Virus record (IMG/VR): IMGVR_UViG_3300020042_003594
DNA from: an uncultured virus (IMG/VR IMGVR_UViG_3300020042_003594)
Taxonomy: Duplodnaviria > Heunggongvirae > Uroviricota > Caudoviricetes
DNA length: 64,000 nucleotides
Direction: 5' to 3' (one strand)
The notes under the pieces were generated by a model, which searched no databases, was not told the origin of the DNA, and worked only from the letters and a program-made list of their open reading frames with translations. Positions 57,746 to 64,000 of the stretch are shown piece by piece. A program made the position numbers and the translations under genes. Within the stretch, counting starts at the first letter, position 1, and each line of letters begins with the position of its first letter.

Positions 57746-58273
57746 TTATTCCCAGAGAATGTTGATGGTTCCGGCGTCAAAGGTGTCTGTGCCGTTTACT
57801 GTGGTGATGCGGATGCGGTCTAGTGTTGCCCCAAGAGACTTACTTCCGCTTGTAAACATCGTATACCCCGGCTGCGCGCCAAGATTAGCAAACCCACCAA
57901 ACCCAACCCAAGTGTTGTTATTAAAGAGAATAAAAGATACCGAGCCAGATTTATTATCACCAGCAGCGTTATGAAAAATGCCAAATCCAGTAGTAATAGC
58001 AGCTCCTGAATTTCCAGGGCCATTGTATGACCAAGCTGCGTTATAGCTAGTTGCTTGTATGCCAGAAGATGTACCAAGCTGAATTTGCATATTAGATGTG
58101 CCATTTGTTGACACTTGGTCAAACATGACCGTAACCCGTTTTGCCCAAGACGGAATGCCAGTAAAGTCAATGCTGGTTCCGCTGGTAGATGCCACCGCTG
58201 TCCCAGAAATAAGCAAACTGCCTGTTGCGCTGGCGTTTGATCCCACTGCCGCAAGGTTTACTGTTCGTGTCAT
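57746..58273 (-). CDS. Tail-module protein
   Basis: STSGTSIDFTGIPSW.KR...DTFDAG.INI.WE. Confidence 0.7.
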   Translation of the reverse strand: MTRTVNLAAVGSNASATGSLLISGTAVASTSGTSIDFTGIPSWAKRVTVMFDQVSTNGTSNMQIQLGTSSGIQATSYNAAWSYNGPGNSGAAITTGFGIFHNAAGDNKSGSVSFILFNNNTWVGFGGFANLGAQPGYTMFTSGSKSLGATLDRIRITTVNGTDTFDAGTINILWE

Positions 58274-58428
58274 TCTGCTGCCTCCGGTTGGTTGCCTTCA
58301 GCAAGCCATGCTAGATAGGCGATGTAGTCTGTGTTGTCGGGGTCGAAGGGGATGCTGATATTTTGCCCGACAATTGTTACGGCAACAACATCACCAAACG
58401 AGCCTTTTTGTAATTTATATTGAGTCAT
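58270..58428 (-). CDS. Small tail-fibre accessory protein (52 aa)
   Basis: IPFDPDNTDYIAYLAWLAEGNQP; paralogue of 56499..56645. Confidence 0.75.
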   Translation of the reverse strand: MTQYKLQKGSFGDVVAVTIVGQNISIPFDPDNTDYIAYLAWLAEGNQPEAAE

Positions 58429-60048
58429 TTATAGCTCCGCTGAAAGTTGTAGACGCGCTGTTGTGGTGTTGTTTGCAACAACAGTTACTGGCCGATATGT
58501 TGTTAATCCGCTTGCCACTCCATAAATTGCATTAATTACTTTTGTGCTTGGTTGGTCAACAGTTATCGAAGTTACTGCGGTCACATTAACGCCATCAAAT
58601 AATCCCCAAGTACTAGAAGCCGAACTTGTCAAAGAAGGCGCTGTTCGCATTTCAACGGGTAAAAATGTTATACATGGAGCGGCTGTAGCGGAAGAACATG
58701 TTCCTGTAGCAAGACGCTCATAACTAGTAACTCCTCCGTAACTAATAAAATACCTGTAGCACTGGATCAACTGCCGTCCGTAGTCAATGAACTCAAAGCT
58801 GGTGGCGTTACTTCCGCGCTCCAGTTGTACTCCAGTAATGTAGAAGGTTGCGCCTGTGGTTACTTTTCCATGTGTTTGACCACTTGCACCATACGAGTTT
58901 GTTGAAACCCAAGCATTGTTACTTGCGGTGCATACATCATCGTGAGCATCAAGAGTAAAGCGCAACTCTAAGCCAATGCCGTTTGTGTAGTTCCATGTGC
59001 CGCCAGACGCTGTAAGCGGTATTGTCAGTGTAATTTGCTGCCATGTGTTTGCTGCTGTGACTGTGTAAGTAGTCGCGTAAGAGCGATCAACAGCATTGGT
59101 GGCGACCAAAGAATACGTGCCAGAGTTTGAAAAATACGTCCAAAAAGATATCGTCACACTTGACTGGCTTCTCAGTGCATCAGCAATGTTAAATCCCTCA
59201 ATCACATGACGATACATCATGTAAGCGCCTCCGCTGGCCCCTAGCGTTTGCCCTGTCGTTGCGGTTAAATACGCGGAATTACCGTACCCCGTTGGTGCAG
59301 TGGTAGATTGCTGGCAGTTAAAAACAGCGGTTATCCCAAGACCAGCGCGTTGGTACGAAAAGCGGTCTGCAATAAAAGTGTTGTTTCCAATACCCGTTTG
59401 CAACGCACCAGCGTTCCTCTGATCCACAACCATGTTCCCGTTGATGATGCGGTTCTTCATGCCTGTGAAGCCCGACACTGCTGCGCCGTTGATGGTCACT
59501 GCGCTGTTGAATGTCGTAGACCCCGTTACTGTGCCGCCTGTCAGTGGGAGGGCGTTGGTCAGCGAAGTCAGGGTGTAGTATTCAATCGTGACCAGATCAC
59601 CCGCAGTGGCTGCGCTTGCCAGAGTGATTGTTGTGCCGTTGGTAGCTGTGAAGTCAGCGTTGCCCAGCCTTGCACCGTTGCGGAACACCTGTACGAAGCC
59701 GGGGGTGTAGCTGCCAGCCGAAGCAAACACAGTCTGTCCAGCCGTGGCGGTCAGGTCAGTTGAACTCAGGAACGCAGTGTTGCCCGGTGAGGACGAGCCA
59801 ATCACTGGCAGACCTAAGTACAGCACAGCAATGTTGTTTGTCCCTGTGGGCGGGGCTGGGCTGAACGTCAGGGTTGTGCCAACGACGGAGTACAGGTTGG
59901 GGTTCTGCACCACGCCACTGATGGCGACAACGATAGAGGTTGCACTCGCTGGAGCGTATGTCAGCGTGAAAGAAGTGGTTGTGCCGTTACCAGTGAACTG
60001 GTCAAACGGAAACGCTGCTGTGGTTGGCTCCGCGCCGATGTAGCTCAT
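58429..60048 (-). CDS. Tail fibre / receptor-binding module protein
   Basis: MSYIG N-terminus plus KNRIING...ITGVQLE domain; paralogue of 56646..57743. Confidence 0.8.
   Translation of the reverse strand: MSYIGAEPTTAAFPFDQFTGNGTTTSFTLTYAPASATSIVVAISGVVQNPNLYSVVGTTLTFSPAPPTGTNNIAVLYLGLPVIGSSSPGNTAFLSSTDLTATAGQTVFASAGSYTPGFVQVFRNGARLGNADFTATNGTTITLASAATAGDLVTIEYYTLTSLTNALPLTGGTVTGSTTFNSAVTINGAAVSGFTGMKNRIINGNMVVDQRNAGALQTGIGNNTFIADRFSYQRAGLGITAVFNCQQSTTAPTGYGNSAYLTATTGQTLGASGGAYMMYRHVIEGFNIADALRSQSSVTISFWTYFSNSGTYSLVATNAVDRSYATTYTVTAANTWQQITLTIPLTASGGTWNYTNGIGLELRFTLDAHDDVCTASNNAWVSTNSYGASGQTHGKVTTGATFYITGVQLERGSNATSFEFIDYGRQLIQCYRYFISYGGVTSYERLATGTCSSATAAPCITFLPVEMRTAPSLTSSASSTWGLFDGVNVTAVTSITVDQPSTKVINAIYGVASGLTTYRPVTVVANNTTTARLQLSAEL
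58760..58854. repeat. ~95-nt near-identical direct repeat, copy 2
   Basis: Matches 56983-57077. Confidence 0.85.
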
Positions 60049-60299
60049 GGTGTTTCCCGGTTGGCTTGTGCGGCTTGGTAGGCTGCTACAACTTCATCTG
60101 TCCAAGCTGCGTTGCAGATCGCCACCACGTTGGCAGGCTGACCTGTGAGGTCTTGTGCTGGTGTCAGGCTGGTTCGGTGGTAGGTCTGAGCAATCTGGTC
60201 GCCATCCTTGAGGATGCGTGTAGCCTCGCGGTACAGCACAGTGCCGTTCTCAGTGACGGTGATCTGGTCGATGACTTTAGATTCGGTGAATGTTGGCAT
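60045..60299 (-). CDS. Tail-fibre accessory protein
   Basis: VIDQI.V..NG...R..T...DG......HR...C...WT motif. Confidence 0.7.
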   Translation of the reverse strand: MPTFTESKVIDQITVTENGTVLYREATRILKDGDQIAQTYHRTSLTPAQDLTGQPANVVAICNAAWTDEVVAAYQAAQANRETP

Positions 60300-60309
60300 G
60301 GGTTTCCTT

Positions 60310-60813
60310 TTATGAAGTGATGTAAGTTATAGAACCTTGCCAGCCATAAGAGTTTGTAACAGCAGTTGAGTTGTCGTATTTACGAACATCCGCTGTAACA
60401 GTGTTACCAACTGCTGCAATTTGGTATATTGCTCCCGTTACTTGTATTTCCCTTGCCGCGCCGCACGCTTGCTGGTTAGCGTTTATGGAGGTAAATGGAA
60501 AGCCGCCAATAGTGCCTATAGCGGTAACTGTCCCACCAGTGATAATTGCTTTAAAAGTTAAAGTTACTTGATTGCCTATTTTTATATAACTACCAAAAAC
60601 ACTTTGTGAGGTAATTGTTCCAGTTACGGGAGCAAGCGCAGGCGTCCAAGTTCCCTCCTCATAATCATCCAGCGTGTTTGCGTTGGCTGATGGGACTGCT
60701 GTTGCGGGGAACGTGATCTGACCACCCGTCAGGTTGATGGTGGGTATCGTTTGCTGGCCGCTAAAAGTCAACCCGCTGTTCAGGCTGTCGCTGTCAATTT
60801 TACTGAGTGGCAT
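60310..60813 (-). CDS. Tail fibre-like protein
   Basis: ANTLDDYEEGTWTP...Y.KIG..V motif. Confidence 0.75.
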   Translation of the reverse strand: MPLSKIDSDSLNSGLTFSGQQTIPTINLTGGQITFPATAVPSANANTLDDYEEGTWTPALAPVTGTITSQSVFGSYIKIGNQVTLTFKAIITGGTVTAIGTIGGFPFTSINANQQACGAAREIQVTGAIYQIAAVGNTVTADVRKYDNSTAVTNSYGWQGSITYITS

Positions 60814-61051
60814 TATTGTTCTCCAGCGCGGTGATGATTGTCTTCAGCGCAGCCACATCACCAGCAGCGTCAACAGCAGTCTGCATTTCAGCGTACTTGG
60901 TACGGATAGCAGCACGGGCAGCTTCAGCGGCTGCGGCCTCTGACGGGATGGTGGCCTTTGTATCCAGTGGGGCAAACTCAGCAGCACGGGCTGTCCTACG
61001 CGCATCATGCGTGATTGCTTTCGCTTTGGTGATGTCGATTACGATGCCCAT
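60800..61051 (-). CDS. Tail-module hypothetical protein
   Basis: Ala-rich helical ORF with GAGGAG RBS. Confidence 0.6.
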   Translation of the reverse strand: MGIVIDITKAKAITHDARRTARAAEFAPLDTKATIPSEAAAAEAARAAIRTKYAEMQTAVDAAGDVAALKTIITALENNNATQ

Positions 61052-61215
61052 GTCCATGCTCCTCTGAATGTGCGGTCTGTTGGAATGTCTGCAACATCCA
61101 CAATGGCGTATTCAGCGCCCTCTGGAATGTCTTTCATGCAGGCTTCAATGGTGTCTGCGGGGATGATGACGGCTACGCCGCCGTCTGCTGTTTTGTAAAT
61201 GATTCTTGAGTTCAT
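61039..61215 (-). CDS. Small tail-module protein (58 aa)
   Basis: Manual translation MNSRIIYKTADGGVAVIIP...IPTDRTFRGAW, with TAAGG RBS. Confidence 0.65.
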   Translation of the reverse strand: MNSRIIYKTADGGVAVIIPADTIEACMKDIPEGAEYAIVDVADIPTDRTFRGAWTWAS

Positions 61216-61224
61216 TGGGTTACC

Positions 61225-61968
61225 TTATCTAAAAACTGCAACAGCTACTACATCCATATCTTCTGCCCCGCCTGTGCTATTGCACCACAACCTACATGAA
61301 GATGTAGCTAAATTCGTGTCATAACGAATATTTACAACTTTTCCATTTGTACTACTTGCCGCCGCTGTAGGTTTTATTGTTGCAACTAAAGTATAATTTG
61401 CATCAGGCATCGCAGTAGTGAAATTCACTGTGTAATCGCCAGTGCCGTTATCCGTGATGCTTGACACATTCCCGCTAGCACGAATAATTGTTGCAAGGGT
61501 ACAGTTTCCGCTTGTGGTTTGTGATGTTGCGGAGGTAACCACAAATATGTTTGCGCTAGTTACGGATGTGACAGTAAATGCCTCTGCGCTTGCTGCGCCA
61601 GTTTGAAATGTTATATAAATAGACTGTCCTTGAGAAAGTCCGTGGCTTGTGACGGTAACAGTTATTGCCGTTCCTGACTGACTGTAAGTTCCAGTTAGCG
61701 CCCCCGCACCATTGAAGTTCACCCATGCTCGGCAAGCGTACAGGGGGGCAGTGCCGGATACAGTAGCAAACTGTGCCGAGTCAATGTTTGGCGTTGTCAG
61801 TGTAGGGCTGGTCAGCGTCTTATTGGTTAGCGTCTGAGTCGCAGCAATACCCGCCACTGTGTCAGTCACATCAGGCAGCGTCAGCGTCCTGTCGGTGTTT
61901 GTGACGGGTGCTAAAAGGGTGACAGTACCCGTGCCGGTAGCGCCTCCTTGTACGGCTAATAAACTCAT
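61225..61968 (-). CDS. Tail fibre-like protein
   Basis: RAWVNFNG...NVSSITDNGTGDYTVNF motif. Confidence 0.75.
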   Translation of the reverse strand: MSLLAVQGGATGTGTVTLLAPVTNTDRTLTLPDVTDTVAGIAATQTLTNKTLTSPTLTTPNIDSAQFATVSGTAPLYACRAWVNFNGAGALTGTYSQSGTAITVTVTSHGLSQGQSIYITFQTGAASAEAFTVTSVTSANIFVVTSATSQTTSGNCTLATIIRASGNVSSITDNGTGDYTVNFTTAMPDANYTLVATIKPTAAASSTNGKVVNIRYDTNLATSSCRLWCNSTGGAEDMDVVAVAVFR

Positions 61969-62001
61969 GCTGTTGCTCCTTGGGTGTTCATTTCATTTTC
62001 C

Positions 62002-63057
62002 TTAACAGGCCATCAGCACACAAGGCACACAGTAAGAGCCGTCTGCGTAGGTGCAAGTGACATGGGTTGATGTGACCTTGGCAACAGTCTTAGACCGCAC
62101 GATGTCATCACCTTGTGGCTTGGCAGTGCCATTACCAGCAGACATGAGTAGATCACCACGGGCAACAGTTGTGCCTTGAGCAATCCGGATAATCATGTCG
62201 CCCGTCATTGCCATGTTGATCTCGTCTACATTGTGCTGGTCATCATGCGTCCAATTGACAAACACACCAGCGACATTTGCATCGCCTTCAACATCCGACA
62301 CCTTGACCTTGTTTAACTGTTCGTTGTCAACAGGGTTGCCATCAGCGTCTGTGTAGACATTCATTTCATCAAGGTTTGACAGCACAGTGCCTTTGACAAG
62401 CGTATCGTCTTTAGCCGTTGTGGTCTGCGCCCAGCGTGACAAGTGACCGCCGTTGTAAGAGACTGTTGTGCCTGATACAGAAATCGTGCCTTCGACTGTT
62501 CCCGCTTGGGTAAAAGTTACTAAAGTTCCATCGTTGCCAATTCGACTTACGATAAGTGCGTCTTCTTCGTTTGCCGTAAACAATCCTCTGCCTGCTGTCG
62601 TAATAATGCACCCAACGACAGTCTCCCCTCCTACAACTGTTGTCTTCGCCACCAGAAAGTTGCCGCTAGAGTCGATACGGGCGCGTTCTGTGCCGTTTTG
62701 CGTAAATGCAAGAACCCCCGAGGCGCCATCTACATTTAACGCAAAGGTGTTTACACTAGGGTGGTAAAAGCCCCCTCTTGACCTGTTGCTCGTTGTACCA
62801 CCATCTGTAATCAAACTAAAACCTTGGCTTGGAGATGTAACGCACAGTGTTGCGTTGTCGTAAGAAGATGTTTGCCCAATTAGCAATCTGCCGCTGGCAT
62901 CAAACCTAGCGGCCTCAACACCGCCTTCAGCGAAGCCAATGGTGTCAGCAGCGGGGAAGAAGATGCCTGTGTTGGCATCAGTGCCTCTGATCGCTGGTGC
63001 GGCTGCTGTGCCGTCAACATCAGAAAGGCCGTTTGTGCCGTCTAGAATTAAACTCAT
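62002..63057 (-). CDS. Tail fibre-like protein
   Basis: NTGIFFPAADT, ERARIDSSGN, C-terminal YADGSYCVPCVL. Confidence 0.75.
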   Translation of the reverse strand: MSLILDGTNGLSDVDGTAAAPAIRGTDANTGIFFPAADTIGFAEGGVEAARFDASGRLLIGQTSSYDNATLCVTSPSQGFSLITDGGTTSNRSRGGFYHPSVNTFALNVDGASGVLAFTQNGTERARIDSSGNFLVAKTTVVGGETVVGCIITTAGRGLFTANEEDALIVSRIGNDGTLVTFTQAGTVEGTISVSGTTVSYNGGHLSRWAQTTTAKDDTLVKGTVLSNLDEMNVYTDADGNPVDNEQLNKVKVSDVEGDANVAGVFVNWTHDDQHNVDEINMAMTGDMIIRIAQGTTVARGDLLMSAGNGTAKPQGDDIVRSKTVAKVTSTHVTCTYADGSYCVPCVLMAC

Positions 63058-63069
63058 AATTGTTTCCTT

Positions 63070-63999
63070 TCAAACAACAGCCCAGCGAGAGCCGCTGGAA
63101 ACTGTGACTGTGATGCCTGAGTTGATAGTGATGGGGCCAGAGGACATTGCGTTGTTTGTTGCGGCAATGGTGTAATTCTCTGCCACCGTCTGGCTGTTCA
63201 CCACAATCCCGTTTGAAGCCACAAGCACTGTTGACTGAAACTCGCCCGTAGACGGCTTGTACAAGAGCTTGGCATTGCTGGTGTTGACTGTCAAGGCCGT
63301 GCCGCTTGTTGCACTTGCCATCAGCGGGTAGATGTTTGTCGCTGTGCTGGTGTCGTTGACGATTGCAGAGCCGCCCACAGAAGCCCAACCTGCGCCCGTG
63401 TAGCCCTCAAACTCACCCGTGGTAGTGTTGAACCTTAGCTTGCCCGTAACGCCCGTGGGTCGCTCTCCTGTCGTTCCCTTGGAAATCTGCACAGCACCTG
63501 TAGATGTGAAGGCTGAGTCTGCTGTGGCCGTGAGGACGGTGACTGTGGTTGTTGTCGCCGCCAAAGTGGTGACTGTGGCTGCTGCGGGGGTTGCGGCTCC
63601 TATCACAGTGCCGTCAATAGCACCCCCGTTGATGTCTACAAAGTCAAACATCTGGATGACGTTGGTGCCGTCTACATACAAGTGCGCCTTGCGCCCGTTG
63701 GGCACCGTGATGCCCGTCCCGCCCGAGGTCTTGACCGTGATGCTCTGAGCGCCGCTGGTGTTGTTCTGAACAATGTACTGCTTCTCGATGGTGGGCACCA
63801 CCAACTCACGGGTAACCGTCAGACTGCCCGTAGACGTAGCGTTGAGGACCAAAGCTCGCGCCGTCTGAAGCGCAACTGTGTTGCTCAGGCTGATGGTCAG
63901 GTTGGCGTCAGAGGTAAAAACGGGGTTGCCTAAACCAACAAGGGCCTGCTCGATGGCTGTGCCAATGTTGTCGTTGGTCGTAGTGCCCCAAGAGCCTGC
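63070..63999 (-). CDS. Tail fibre-like protein (5' partial, begins beyond window end)
   Basis: Frame stays open to the window end (AGSWGTTTNDNIG...). RFNTT..FEGY.G..W and SGPITI...V.V..GS.W motifs. Confidence 0.75.
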   Translation of the reverse strand, partial: AGSWGTTTNDNIGTAIEQALVGLGNPVFTSDANLTISLSNTVALQTARALVLNATSTGSLTVTRELVVPTIEKQYIVQNNTSGAQSITVKTSGGTGITVPNGRKAHLYVDGTNVIQMFDFVDINGGAIDGTVIGAATPAAATVTTLAATTTTVTVLTATADSAFTSTGAVQISKGTTGERPTGVTGKLRFNTTTGEFEGYTGAGWASVGGSAIVNDTSTATNIYPLMASATSGTALTVNTSNAKLLYKPSTGEFQSTVLVASNGIVVNSQTVAENYTIAATNNAMSSGPITINSGITVTVSSGSRWAVV

Positions 64000-64000
64000 T

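Noticed and set aside
56983..58854. Diversity-generating retroelement TR/VR pair
   Set aside because: Both copies are inside coding paralogues, the few mismatches are synonymous and not adenine-specific, and no reverse transcriptase is in the window.
1..64000. Integrase, repressor, introns or inteins
   Set aside because: None recognised. Polymerases, terL, helicase and RNR are uninterrupted and of normal length.

Overview
The window is most of the genome of an AT-rich lytic podovirus-like phage, apparently circularly permuted: both window ends fall inside tail-fibre genes. The likely host is a freshwater Betaproteobacterium, inferred only from the style of the small genes and tail module. 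The minus strand carries packaging and head genes (terL, portal, scaffold, major capsid, adaptor, fibre; 1-12.8 kb) and lysis, tail and ejection genes (36.7-64 kb). The plus strand carries early and replication genes (13.2-36.7 kb): SSB, family A DNA polymerase, exonuclease, primase-helicase, T7-type RNA polymerase, class II RNR, tRNA-Arg and Dps. The main finding is a second, highly divergent single-subunit RNA polymerase (1265 aa, no cysteine) as the last gene of the ejection-protein cluster. It is a probable virion-packaged RNAP in a non-N4 genome, and it sits next to an ejection protein with an N-terminal staphylococcal-nuclease-like domain. Supporting cis-elements include a 13-nt phage promoter-like motif (YGGWDCCTAATAG, 7 intergenic copies), a duplicated double-hairpin element in the early region, a strongly adenine-depleted first gene, and 22-nt complementary leaders on the terL and putative terS transcripts. 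All protein calls come from motif recognition by eye; no searches were run.
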